A DNA stretch of 64,000 bases from the human T2T-CHM13v2.0 reference genome, Homo sapiens: NCBI RefSeq assembly GCF_009914755.1, contig NC_060925.1. One strand, written 5' to 3'. Below are positions 29,791 through 43,179 of the stretch, piece by piece. Positions within the stretch are counted from its first letter, which is position 1, and each line of letters begins with the position of its first letter. The translations under genes and the position numbers were made by a program. The notes beneath the pieces are model-generated. The model saw only the letters and a list, made by a program, of their open reading frames with translations. It did no database searches and had not been told where the DNA came from.

Positions 29791-32700
29791 TCACTGCACC
29801 TACAGTAATCTATCAAGCATATATTTTTCCCTTTTAAACTTATTTATATTTTCATGCTGTAATAATTTTTGGTTGTGAGTTCTCTAAAATAATAAAATGT
29901 TTTATTGGTTTGCCTCCTTCAAGCTACAGAAAGAAAAGAAAACCATAGGAGAGAGGCTAAAAAGTTGGGTTCTAAAATTAGCCACCCCATGTGCCAGGCA
30001 AAAAGCGTGGATAATCAGTGATTCCCAGTGTTGTCCTCTGAAGCTTTTGCAAACCAACCAGCAAGAGCCACTGCCTAAATACTCACTTCTCTTGACTGCC
30101 TTTGAGGACCAGCTGGATCCTCATCAAGCCCCAGTGATTGACCCCCAGTTATTCATTTGCCTCTCCTCAAGGACGCAAGGCCCTTCTTGCCTTATCCAGA
30201 GACATTAAAGAAAGCTGCTTGACGTTGGACATCAAATTGATTTCATGCCAAGATTTCACTCAACCACAGGTGACAACCATTGACGTGTCAAAGCCTTACA
30301 AGAAAAATAAACACGTCTGATGCAAAGAGTCCTTTGTTTTTGATGCCATGTTGAATTATGCACCTTTACACAGATCTGACAGTGGCTGTGACTATTTGCT
30401 AGAAGGCAGAGTGGAGGCACGTAGGGTCTCAAATTGTAGTGGCAAAGAAGGTCAAAGCATGGTGAATTCAAAGGGGACTGCAAATTTAGAGCTGAGGGAG
30501 AAGGCTCTTTCAGCGCCCTTCATCTTCCTTTTCTCATTCAACCCTGTGGAACTCATCTCATCATTCTCTGTCTCCTGCTTCTGAATGCTTTAAGTCACTT
30601 ATTTGTCTATCTTCCCCAGAGAGAAAGCCTGCTGCTTAGAAAGAGCTTGAAACCACCTGCAATATTTCTCCCTTTAGTCATGTCTGCTCAAGGTGACGTA
30701 GGACTTTGGATAAGCATACTTAGTAGGCATCCAAGCTTTTTTGGCTTGACTAAAGCTGGGGACTGCCCACAGTTAAGACCTTTGTCTATGGCTATTTCCT
30801 CTTCACCTACCTAGCCTGAGGGGTACATAATCACTTCTCTGAGGAGTTTCCTAGCTTCAGCTGTTTCCGTGGAATCTTTTCTTCCAGCTGTGTTTACTCG
30901 TTTTATTTTTTTGTATTCTGTCTGAAGAAGATGGAATTTGCATAATTAAGAATGACCTGAGCAATCTCTGCTAATGCCTCCACTAAAACCTCTGAATATC
31001 CCTGTTAACTAATTACATCTATCATTGTGTCAGACAGGTAAAAGACTCCTTCAGTCTGTTGAGACAACATTATTCACCTGGGATTATCAAAGGTTTCAAT
31101 TCTGGCCATTAGCTGAAATTGCTTGGGTCATTCATTATGGCGAATTCTGCATCCTTTCTAGACAGAGCAAAGTAAATGCAGAATCAGGAATAGATTAAAT
31201 AGCCATGCATCAGAAGCCTAGTTCAGAACTTCAGCCCTTTCTTTTCCTTAGAGCTAAAGGATGAAAAATGAACAGAAAAACCTTGTGGTTTCCTCTTCTT
31301 ACATCAGTGAGTATGTGAGCTTTTGCTTCAAGAAATTGGAGGTGATTATCCTTTCCCCAATTTTATTCAGCCTTTTAAATATCTGGTTTAACAAATCCAT
31401 GAAGAAAAAAAAAAGTCCTTAGACTTGAAATTAAATCGCCCCATTCTCAGCTTTCCCTCATTAACCATGGATTATAGGTAGGGACTTGAGTCACTATTGG
31501 GGCAGTGGAGTGTGGGGTATAGGTAGCCTTTCAGTTGAAATTACTTCATCTAAACTGAAAGCAGAACCCAAAGAGGTGGATTAAAGATTAAACTCAGACA
31601 TTAACAACAAGTGGGGGGATGATGAAAACATATCTGGAAGATTCCAAACATTGGCATGGTAGTTATTAGGATGAGTAGTAGCGAGGCCAGGCAGTATACT
31701 CAATTCCTTCTGTATATGTCTTTCATTTTCTGGGGATATGGTTTTATCTGTCCTGTTCTGACACAAAATTCAGCATCCTTGTCACAAGTCAGTGAATATA
31801 TTTTTATAATGATTCGGAGTCCATTATATACAACAACTACTATGGGCTTGGTAAAAGGATATCAAATGATACACTAAAATGTAAGCAGTTGGTGTTCAAA
31901 TTGGAAAAAAAAAGTCATACAAAAATAAAGATAATTAGCAATTAAAGTTAGCTAATAATATTGTTCACTAATAGTATGATAGTATGACTTCTTGGAAAAA
32001 ACTCGCTATCCAATCATAGTGTCCAATTTATCTTTTTTAGACACATTTTCATGGGTAATGCACATGGGCACTATACTCATTAAATGTGTGCTTGCCTTGC
32101 AGAAAGAGTGAGCTCAGAGATCATAGACCAAATCATTAGAGAAACCAAAGCATTGGTTAGTGAAAATATCTATATAAGTTACTAAAATCTATTTTTTCTT
32201 CAGTTTTTTAGAAATCTGATTATAAAGGCTGTTTTGTTTATTGCTTAGAAAAGTTTTCAGTCAGAAGAAAAAAAAAGAAGGTAGAAATTTGGAGTGAGCA
32301 GGATGCTTCCTTGCAATTATTCATTTAACAAATATGTCATGAATCCCTATTATGAGTCAGGCAGTGAACAACATGCTAGGGATATATTGTGTACAAAACA
32401 AACAACAATCCCTGCACTTGTGGAATTTTTCTATTGTGAAGAGACAGACATCAAACCTTAAACATAATAAATTAAGAAAAAAAACGTGTATTAGAAGGCG
32501 GCAAATCTCATGGAAGGAAGAGAGCTGGGTAAGGGGGCCTGGAAGTACTGGGAGGTATAAATAAATAGTTATGGAGAAGAAAATCATTCATATGATGGCA
32601 TTTGATTAAAAAACTTGAATGAAGGCAGGAGGTGGGCTATGTGGATGTCTGGATGAAGGGTATTTCTGGCAGAGGACACAGCCAGTAAGAAACATCCTGA

Positions 32701-33173
32701 GGTAGGAGTGTGTCTGGCCTATTCACGAACTGCCAAGCAGGCTAAGATAAGGGAAGGAGGGAAAGATTTGCAGTAGGACCTGAAGTCGAGAGGTAACTAG
32801 GAGAGTCAGATCACATGGATCCATTTACACCATTGTAAGAACTTGCCTTTTACTCTAAGTGAAATGGGAAGACTTTGATAAACATTGAGCAAAGGAGTAA
32901 AATGCACTGATATTTTCATTTTTAAAGACTTACTCTGGCAGCTGTCCTGAGTGTAACCTGTATGGAGAATATGAGGAGGCAAGAAGAAAAGTAAAGCGAC
33001 TGCTCTGGAGAGCATGGCAGGAGAGAGAGATTACTGTGGTTTGAATCCAGGCAGTAGCTGTAAGAGAGGAAAGAAGTAGTTGGATGATAGACGCTTTCTG
33101 AAGTACTAACAGGACTTGCTTAGAGATTGAATGACCAATAATAGAAAAAGAGAGAAGTCGATGATGACTTTAA

Positions 33174-33481
<308 letters not shown>

Positions 33482-34139
33482 TAATTGTTTTTTCTTAAGC
33501 AACTAGAAGAATGGGGATGTCATTAACTGAGCCACGAAAAAGACTGGAGATGCAACTGTCTTGGAGAGGAAAATAAGAAGTTTGCTTGGGTACCTGGTAA
33601 ACCCAAAACTCTATTAGGCACCCATGTAAAGATGTTGGGTAGGGTATTGGGTATTCTAGTCTGAAGTTCTAGGATGAAGATACACACACTTGGGAACTGT
33701 CAGTATGTAGATATTATTTAAAGTCATTGGGATGGTAATTTTGATAATCTTGGATAAGATTTCCAAGAGATTGCATGTCAGTAGAGAAGAGAAGGAGCCA
33801 AACACTGAAGCTTTAGGTATTTTAACTTTGTAAAGTGATGGAGAAGAAAATGAATCAGAAAAGGAGACTAAAAATACTAGCGAGTATGGTGCTACAGGAG
33901 CCCAGTGAGGAAAGTATTTTAAGCAAGAGGGATTGAGCACCTGTGTCACAAGCTGGGCAGGTAAAATGAGGCTTGAGACTTGGCCGTGAATTTAGCAATT
34001 GGAAGCAATCGATGACTTATACAAGAGCAATTTCATGGAAGTAGTGGGGGCAAAAGCTGATTTGATTTAGTTTAATAGAGAATGGGCATTGTGGAACTAG
34101 AGACAGAAAGAATAGTAAATTTTACTATAAAATAAAAGA

Positions 34140-35035
34140 GGGATAAAGAAATCCCACAAAATAAATATATGACTTAATGAGTTCTTATAAGGTGAACATT
34201 CTTTTAGTCACAACCCAGAACAAGAAATAGAACTATGCCAGCCAGTCCACAAGGCTCTCCATGTGTCACATCCCTATTTCAACCCCCAACCCCACCCAAT
34301 TTCCTGATCTTGTAGTAATCACCTCCTTGTGTTTCTTTATGGTTGTATCAGTCAAATGCACATTCCCAGACACCATAGTTCAGTCTTGCTCACTTAAAAC
34401 CCCTTTTGGCTGGGCAAGGTGGCTCATGCCTGTAATCACAGCAATTTGGGAGGCCGAGATGGGTGGATCACCTGAGGTCAGGAGTTCGAGACCAGCCTGG
34501 CCAACATGGGGAAACCCCATATCTACTAAAAATACAAAAATTAGCTGGGCATGGTGGTGCACACCTGTAATCCCAGCTACTCAGGAAGGTGAGGCAGGAG
34601 AATCATTTGAACCCGGGAGTCAGAGTTTGCGGTGAGCCAAGATCATGCTACTGTACTGCTACTGTACTCCAGCCTGAGTGAAAGAGACTCCATGTCAAAA
34701 AAAAAAAAAACTATGTCTTTTAACTATCTTCTAATTTATAGGTTTTCCCTCCCTCTCTGTATCTATGAATTCATACATGTGGATTTTAAACATCAGTAGG
34801 TGCTTACTTCACCAAAAAGATACAAAGTAGACATTATGTACCTCCTGATGAAAGAATACACCACCTTCTAGAGCCTTGTTGAAGGGATCAGACATAAGTC
34901 TAATCAAGCCAATAGATCTAGCTGCCAATTTGCAGGAAAAGAGAACAAAGAAAATGTTGAACTTCACCATATATATACTGTAATAAAATCCAGACTGTGG
35001 AAAACTGTAAGTCAAATGCCTGAATGATTCGATGG
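34140..35035. mobile_element. old L1MC/L1ME 3' fragments in two orientations (minus 34140-34760; plus 34780-35035)
   Basis: CAACCCAGAACAAGAAATAGAAC (antisense 3' end); CCTCCTGATG...AATCAAGCC..TAGATCTA...AAAATCCAGACTGTGG (sense). Confidence 0.55.
34408..34710 (+). mobile_element. AluSx-like with internal 11-bp tandem duplication
   Basis: Full Alu; TGCTACTGTAC x2 at 34646-34667. Confidence 0.95.
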
Positions 35036-35397
35036 ATATATTGTGTGGCAAAGAAAGTCTTATTTTATCAAGAAGAGGTAGTAATAGCCTATTTATAAGC
35101 TGATGACAATGATCAAGTAGAGAGGGAAAAGAACTAATGACGCAAGTGAGATGGGAGAAATTGCTGGAGCCTTATGTATGCAAGAGAGAGAATCAGGAGG
35201 TGATGCTGGTTTCACAATAAGGATGAATATACAAATGAAAGTCAGTAGATGGGTGCAGATGTGCTTAGGAAACCAGTCATGGTAATGGGAGTCTGGGATG
35301 TTCAGAATACTTCAGTTTCCTCAGTGAAGCAAGAATCAGTCCTTAGCTGAGGGTGGGGAGGAGACATAGGGAAGAATAAATGAAATAGGCATCAAAG

Positions 35398-35477
35398 AAA
35401 GTGAAAGAGTTCGTGGGCTAGGGAAACACTGTATGGTAAAGTGAAAGAGTTCATGGGCTAGGGAAATGCTGTATGGT
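35398..35477. repeat. 40-bp tandem duplication
   Basis: AAAGTGAAAGAGTTC(G/A)TGGGCTAGGGAAA(CA/TG)CTGTATGGT x2. Confidence 0.95.
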
Positions 35478-35629
35478 TTCTAAAATAAATTTTTTTTCTA
35501 TTTTAGTAAAGTTCACTGGGCATGGGTAGTCATGGGCACCTTACAATATTTACTGAGAGCATAAGTCTTTCAGCCTAAATTTTCCCACCATCTCTTAAGA
35601 ATTGGGTCTTCATTGAGTGACACTTATCT

Positions 35630-36267
35630 GTTCTCTGTATATCAGAGATTACCACTGGCATCAAGTCATTCTCTTTGGTGTATATTGCTTAGGACTGGCT
35701 GTGGCAGCTCTGTGCTGTGTCAAATCAGCTACATCAGAACAGTTCCCAGAGTTCCCTTCCCGGTGTGGTTCTTGGTTAGTGTTGGCCCTAGAGAATCATG
35801 AGATTTGGAATACAGAGATGGAGTGACCATTTTTACCCTCTGAAGTATAGTGCAGGGTGTCAGGCACTGTGGCGGCTTCCATGTTGCTGCTGGTCAGTTG
35901 GTTCACCTGCTTAGCATGGGGCAGCTCCTGGAAAAGCACCTGGATCTCCTTCTTCAGTTTCACGGAGTCTTGGGCCAACTGTGTACATGTTTCCATGGTG
36001 AAGGGCATGGGCATCTCCACTGGTCAGCCATGACATCAAGGTTGGAGGTAGTGAAAAACGGAGAGGGATTCCAGTGTGTCCACATCCCATTTTCCTTTTT
36101 GACTGCTGGTCTGGCTGACCTGGAGCAACTTCAGGCCCCACACCAGACACAGCCGCAGGCTGCTCAGCCAACTCCTATGATAGCATAGAATCTAGTTCCT
36201 GTAATGACCCCCTTTTCTGTATCACTCACAGCATTTTTGCTTCTGTGATCAAAGCCTGATTCATATG
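35630..36267 (+). mobile_element. ERVL-class LTR (LTR41/50/52-like)
   Basis: TTCCCAGAGTTCCCTTCCC..TGGTTC.TGGTTAG.GTTGGCC...GAGATTTGGAA; 3' TGCTTCTGTGATCAAAGCCTGATTCATA. Confidence 0.55.
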
Positions 36268-38290
36268 GTGGCTGCTGCCTACTCTGTGGAGTCAGCTCTC
36301 TTTGCAGTGAACCAGCTCTGCTGGCCTCCAATAAGATTGTCCCAGTTCAAACGCTGAGAGTTTCTTACTGTGGCCAATGAGATGTGAGAGCCAGCTGGTC
36401 TTCCCAGGCCTCTCATTTTGTGGCAGCAAGAGGTCAGGGCCTTTGTCCCTGGGGATGTTTCTTTTCTCAGGTGAATTCAACTTGCAATTCCTAATATCAG
36501 AACAATGTGGTTGCCACACGCCTGAGATGAAATGCTTTTTATAAGAGCTAATCAGATTCTACATTAATGAGAGAAATATGAAGCTAATCAACACCACAGA
36601 AGGTCCCTAGGCTCAGGCCTATTAAACTTCATAAAAAATTAATGACTGAAAGAGCAGACTCTTTTGTAAGGGGTCTCTTGTGGTTGGATAAGGGCCTGAA
36701 GTCCCATTCACCTCTCATTACATTGAATTAGCCTCACTTTCTAACCCAAAATATAATCCATCAAGTGGCATTTTCCTCTGGGTGTTAGACGGCCAGTGTT
36801 TGAAAACACTTGTAAAATATTTATTGCTTTTTCTCCTTCCTTTTCTTCCCTTCATTCTCATCCCCCTTCCACTCTCAGCCAATCCCTTCACACCTCGCTC
36901 ACTATGGCTTTTCCCATTTTAATTAAAGAGATTTGTACTTCTAAAGCCTTCTGGGAAATGTCTTCAATGCTGTGGTTTGTAGATGCCTCTCCGGAGCTGC
37001 TTGGCAGGAAACCCCTAGCCCTTTGTTCAAAGCATGCTCAGCATCTGCTTGCAGAAACCAAGAAGAGTGAGGAAAGAATTTAGACCAACTGAGTTGAAAA
37101 ATAATCCTAGCACTCCCCTTCCTGAACTCAGGTGCACTTTTCTTCATGTGAATATTGGCTGTAATCATTGAATCGCTTCAGAATAAAAAACATTTATCTA
37201 CAGAGATGGTGGCCTCAACTCCAATTAAATCCAAATGCCCACCTACCACTCCTGCCACCTTTGCCCCAAACTATAATTCACCTTAGTCATGTTGTCGTTT
37301 GAGGTTAGAGAAACTCAACTCCATTACTCAACCAGCAGGATATAACAGGCTGCACTTGGCTCTCGGAGTGAGAAGTAGGTAATTATATACAGTGGGATGG
37401 GAGGGGGACTTCTATGTGGGTTCTGGCCAGAAAATTAACCATTAAAGTAAGTGATTTAAATACAGAAATCTTTTTCATGTTTAAGGAGCTCCTGTAAAAA
37501 TGGCACTGCCATTGGAGGCAGCCTACCTTAGGGGGTTATACCACAGGGCACTGTCACTGGAGTGGTGAGGACAGAGTCTTAGAGCAACAGTCTGGGAACC
37601 CTGGAGAGAAGTGTGTTGGCCAGAGATAACTGAAATGGGTAGAAGGGGAATGATGTAAAAAATGGAAGCAAATCAAAGGAAATCTTCTCATACAGTCTGC
37701 CTGGAATGCCAACCCTGGATCCACAGTTTATTGAAGTCTTCCCCCATTTATCCACCTCTCTCCTAACTCACCAACCTCCAGGTTGTAGCAATGCACCAGG
37801 CTGTCCAGCACCATCCTCTGTGTTTTTAAATCGTGTTTCTCCTTCTGAAGAGTCTAAACTTGGATGCAGCTCTGGGGATTCTTGTTATACAAGCTATTAA
37901 CAGGTCCCGGCAGCATGTGCCAGAAGAGGTGTGAAAAGGGGGGTCAGGCTCCACTGGCAGAAGTTTTGTCGGGGTGTGTGTTTTCCTGATTGCCGTGTCG
38001 GCTCATATTTCTGTTTCTCTGCTGACATGTGCAGGAGGTCAGGAGCAAGGGTAGTTCAACACATGAGTTCATACCCATGATTCAGGAAACACTGGTTTGC
38101 ACTAAAGTTCAGTATGTCTCTCAAAGGGGTTCTGGGAATAAACTGAATATATCAATGTATGAAATAAACAACCTGCTATGGCAGCCCCTAACATTACGCT
38201 TAGTTGTTCTGTTTGCCATGTGATTGTTTTATAACCAAGGCTTATTCATGAAGTATAATCATGCCCTATTTACCCAATGGTCAGCTTTCT

Positions 38291-38614
<324 letters not shown>

Positions 38615-39139
38615 TAGCAAGCAAAATTAGCCAGAATATAGCTGTTAACCTAGACATAGCAGAAAACATACACAAAAAGAGTTATAAAATTCATGAACTT
38701 TATGGGAGAGACATTGGGCTACCTTCAGGAGGATTGACTTAAAAATCATATAATAAGGATTTGAAATCTGATTTGCTCCAACAATATTTGATTTCTTCTA
38801 AGCTATCATCTACAACAGATGTAAAGTAGTTAAGTTTGGAGAGTGGTAGGCTCCTAGAAGCCAATGCATCATGAAACGACATCTGAAAAGAGTAAGGGAA
38901 ACACTGAAAGAATAACCAAGAGTTACTGGATATACAAATGAGTTTGGGGGAAATTAAGGAAGAAGATAAGCTATGCCCTCTACCACTGAAATAATTCTAA
39001 GACATCTCTACACTAAGGCGCAACACGTTTAACTGGTGTGTGTGTTCATAACCCTCTCTCATCAAAAAAGTTTAAATTGTTTTCTGCCTTCTTTGCTCAG
39101 TAAGGCAAGAGATTTCGTTAAAGTTGTCCATAAATTGTG

Positions 39140-39193
39140 CACACAATACACACACACACAGGTACACACACACACAGGTATACACACACACAC
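39140..39193. repeat. compound (CA)n repeat with GGTA interruptions
   Basis: acacacacacaggtacacacacacacaggtatacacacacacac. Confidence 0.85.
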
Positions 39194-39849
39194 GGTGGCA
39201 TTTTGAAATCATAATTATGTACATAAATACTATGGAGCCTCTGGTCCACTCTTGAGAAAACTATTCCTGATTTACTCTGTCTATTGTCTAATGTTCTCTG
39301 GCACGATCTCCAACCTGACTTCACCCCCTCAGTGTTTTTCCATGATAATTGCGCCGTGCATAAGTGGCATGTACAAGCCTTACCATATACCATATTTGAG
39401 TATAAAGTTAAGTTACATTTGCTACTAACCAAATTATGATGACTTAGCCAAACCTGTCATCTTTGGTGACTCGTTTTCCTCTGGTATTTCTGAGAAAATT
39501 GACCAGGCAGAGGTGGCTCATCTCACCGCTGCATCAGTGTCTGTTACTGCCTCTGCGTTGGTCAGTTGAGTCTTTCAATATCAAGACACTACTCTAGCTT
39601 GGGATGTGACTTATATGATCACGCTGTCCTTGCGGACAAGGGTGGAAGTGCTGTGCTCCCTTACAAAAGCATAGATAGTTCCCTTATTTCCCACAACAAA
39701 ACAGAGGTCCAACTACACTTCTAATGAGATTCCCAAAGATTTGAGAGGTGATGGAAGGAAATTACTGCACTCTAAAGAGTGACTTACTTACTTCTTGACT
39801 ACTGGCTACCAGACTTGAAGGCTGTCAGAGCCCGCCCCATAATATCGTT

Positions 39850-40035
39850 ACAGGTTGCCCAATTTCCTGGATGCCTCCAACCAGCAGAGAGCTTACTTCT
39901 TCCTCAACTAATAGGATTGCCGTTTTCCTAAAATAACGGTCTATTCTCCCTTTAGCAGAAATTCTAATTTCCATCCACAGTAATGAGACTCCTTCTGCTT
40001 GCTGAAGAACACAGTGTTTCAACAGAAGTGCATTT
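39850..40035 (-). mobile_element. L3/CR1 3' fragment
   Basis: CCTGGATGCCTCCAACCAGCAGAGAGCTTACTTCTTCC resembles the antisense L3 tail. Confidence 0.45.
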
Positions 40036-40038
40036 CTC

Positions 40039-40346
<308 letters not shown>

Positions 40347-40522
40347 TTATAAGACAGGCTCTGATCCTTTTCACTTTTCAAAATTGAACAATTAGCCTCA
40401 ATAGTATCTTGAAATTTATAGTCCAGTACAGTCTCAAATCTATATCGAAAAAGAAAGTTTTTCTCTTTCCCACTCTTTTTAAAGTAGTAATAGGCATATC
40501 TCTGAATAGGTGATCAAGATCA

Positions 40523-40655
40523 TTGTGATAGCTCTTCTCTAAAGATGCCCAATGAACCACACCCCTGACATCCAAACCCAAATGTAGTCCCCTCTCTCAC
40601 TGAATCAGGATGGTTCTTTGACTATGACCAACAGAATGCAAGGCCAAGTGCCATG
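40523..40655 (+). mobile_element. MLT1 (MaLR) LTR 5' fragment
   Basis: TGTGATAG...CTAAAGATGCCC...TGTAGTCCCCTC...TGACCAACAGAATGCA. Confidence 0.6.
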
Positions 40656-40685
40656 GTCCTCCTCTCATGAAGCAAGACTTCTGGG

Positions 40686-40988
40686 TTTGTTTTTTTTTTT
40701 TTTTTTTTGAGACGGATCTCACTCTGCCGCCCAGGCTGGAGTGCAGTGGCACCATCTTGGCTTACTGCAACCTCTGCCTCCCAGGTTCAAGCAATTCTCC
40801 GTCTCAGCCTCCTGAGTAGCTGGGATTACAGGCACCTGCCACCATGCCTGGCTAATTTTTTTGTATTTTTAGTAGAGACGGGCTTTCACTATCTTGGCCA
40901 GGCTGGTCTTGAACTCTTGACCTTGTGATCTACTTGCCTCGGCCACCCAAAATGCTAGGATTACAGGTGTGAGCCACCACGCCCGTCC
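40686..40988 (-). mobile_element. AluS
   Basis: poly(T) plus antisense Alu; no clear TSD. Confidence 0.95.
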
Positions 40989-41059
40989 TCATGTCTTTTT
41001 TTTCAGATTTTTCTTTTGTTGTTGTTGTTGTTGTCTACAGTCTCATTGCCACTAAGGAA

Positions 41060-42890
41060 AAAAATTATTACCAATAAAGCAGCCATATCTGTGTCCAGCT
41101 TCAACTGGACAAGTTCTATCTCAGTTCTGTTTTTATCGAAAAGCGTTGAAAATCTAATGATTTTGGAACTTTCCTATCTACCTAACTTCTCATTTCTATG
41201 TTACCTGGGCTCACAGAATTCTCTGCTAGCCCTTTTGGGCTTCATCCATCATGAGTAATACCACCAACTGATCATCCATAATATTATAAAGAGAAACTAG
41301 AATCACCACTATGATGGATGAAACAATCTCTGCAAACTGAAGTCACTATTAGTCAGCCCTCTGTCATTTTTCTGGTGACCAAAGAAGCTGCAAGGGCTGG
41401 ACGATAGCTTGTAAGACTTATTGAGCCCTGATGGCCATGACGTTCTTTCTTCAGTTAAATATCAATAATTGACTTGCCATGAATTCTGTCTTTCAGTCTT
41501 AATTTTACATGGCATTCAAGTTCAAAAATTATAATTTCCCGTGCTGAAAATAAGAGGACTTGTTGCAGACTGCCAGCCACATTTCCTGTCTATAATACAT
41601 AGACAATGAAACCACTCTAGACATGATATTGCAGTGTTTCTGCTGAGAAGTCCTTAATCTTTGTATCATCTGCTCTGGCTCCCCCAAGAACAATCTCTTG
41701 GCGAAATTCCATAGCTCTAAGTCTGGCTCATTGAATATCCTAGTGAGCCAGGACACTGTGGACTAAATGCGGTATTTCATTTGTAACTATTCTTAAAAAA
41801 TTAATTTCATTAGTTGCTGAACAGTGGAGGCCAATAAACAGTCTTTGCCCCCAACCAGGCTCATATCATTTAAATTGAGAAACAGTGTTTTCTTTTGGTG
41901 AATCTCCACAATCATCAACTAGGAACCATCCCCAGGGTCAAACGGAGAACAGGGATTAGTTGAGGAGATACCAGTTGGAGTTGTAAACCGATAGTCTCAT
42001 TCCAGTCTCTGAAACAGGCTTTGTTTCCAAAAACTGCCTTTAATTTTTTTTTCCTCAAAATTCAGGCCTGAGATCAGTAGCCCTTCAGAAACAATTCCAT
42101 TGCACTGTAAGATACTTACCTTGAGAGAGATGCCAGTACGAGTTTTGGCATTAGAAATACAGGTGGCACAGCTTCCTATGGCTAGGTCATTTCTAAAAGG
42201 AAAAGTGTTAGACTTTGCTGACCAATATCAGGATTTCAAAAACCACTGCATATTTCACTGGTAAGTCTCACATTTTAGGAGAGCTGGAAACTTATCAATG
42301 AGATTGCAAGGGTCTGTCGATTACCTGCCAGATTTCTCTTAACAAAGTACCAATGACTTGAGGAGAAGAGTGATGATCTACCTTTAGTGGGGGAATCAGT
42401 GGCCTAATATAGGAGCCTTCATCCAAAGGCAGCAGTATGTAATTTAACTCCTGATGTTCTTGAGGACTGTGGTAGAAGATCATCATGAATCCACAGTGTA
42501 GCAAATATGCCAATATTGGGAGTTGTTGGTCGTGACAGTGAGTGCAAAACAGCACATCTAAATGATCCACATGAGTCAGCTGGGCTTGGCCATTAGCCGT
42601 AGTGACTCCATCCTGCTCATTAATCATTTTACATGATACACAATGGGGGTTGAGCCAAAATTAAAAATTACTACACAACATGGAATTTGGAGATCATTTA
42701 CAAGCAGTCAAAACTGAGATTTAAAAATATAGAAAGCCAATGGTTTACTGCAACTATAATTTCAATATGCTGAGAAAACAGTGTTTTCTTTCTGTGAATC
42801 TCCATAATCATCAATTAGGAGCCATCCCCAGAGTCAAACAAGGAATAGGCACTAGTCAAGGAGATATCAGTTGGAGATGTTAATAGACAT
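41060..42890 (-). mobile_element. highly decayed RTE-clade LINE reverse-transcriptase relic (MamRTE1/L4/L5-like)
   Basis: Degenerate minus-strand RT motifs in the correct order across frameshifts: GISLKV, TGIS, SQFK*YEPGWG, TVQQLMK, TRIFNEPDLELW, RQE..SPLIFS, LQFA(E/D)DC. Confidence 0.45.
41876..42890. repeat. ~115-bp diverged direct repeat (41876-41990 and 42771-42890)
   Basis: TGAGAAA(A)CAGTGTTTTCTTT..GTGAATCTCCA.AATCATCAA.TAGGA.CCATCCCCAG.GTCAAAC...GGAGATA.CAGTTGGAG in both copies. Confidence 0.9.
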
Positions 42891-43179
42891 TATCTATAAA
42901 AAGGGAGGGGATAAAATAGCTTGGAAAATTCTGCAGTAAACAGATTGAAAGGCTTCTTCACTCTAACACATATTGTGTCTTTAATTTACTGAAATATTTT
43001 AGGAACTTACAACTTCATACAGAAAATGACTGAAAATAATACATCTATTATCGACACACGTATACATATATGTATATACACATACTTACACATGTCTAAG
43101 CACATCTTTGTAAGTTATGAATACAGCACTTGTTGTAGAACAGTAGCATAGCATTTTGCAGAAGTTTGGAATCCTACAG

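Noticed and set aside
31590-31950. Possible L3/CR1 fragment
   Set aside because: Only scattered short motif resemblance; cannot be delimited without a search
35398-35477. CRISPR-like repeat
   Set aside because: Two adjacent copies with no spacer in primate DNA; a simple tandem duplication
35613-36188. Cluster of overlapping ORFs on both strands
   Set aside because: Lies in a GC-richer ERVL-class LTR; no recognisable domain
42295-42627. 110-aa minus-strand ORF as a novel gene
   Set aside because: No domain resemblance in that frame; lies within the decayed LINE-like region
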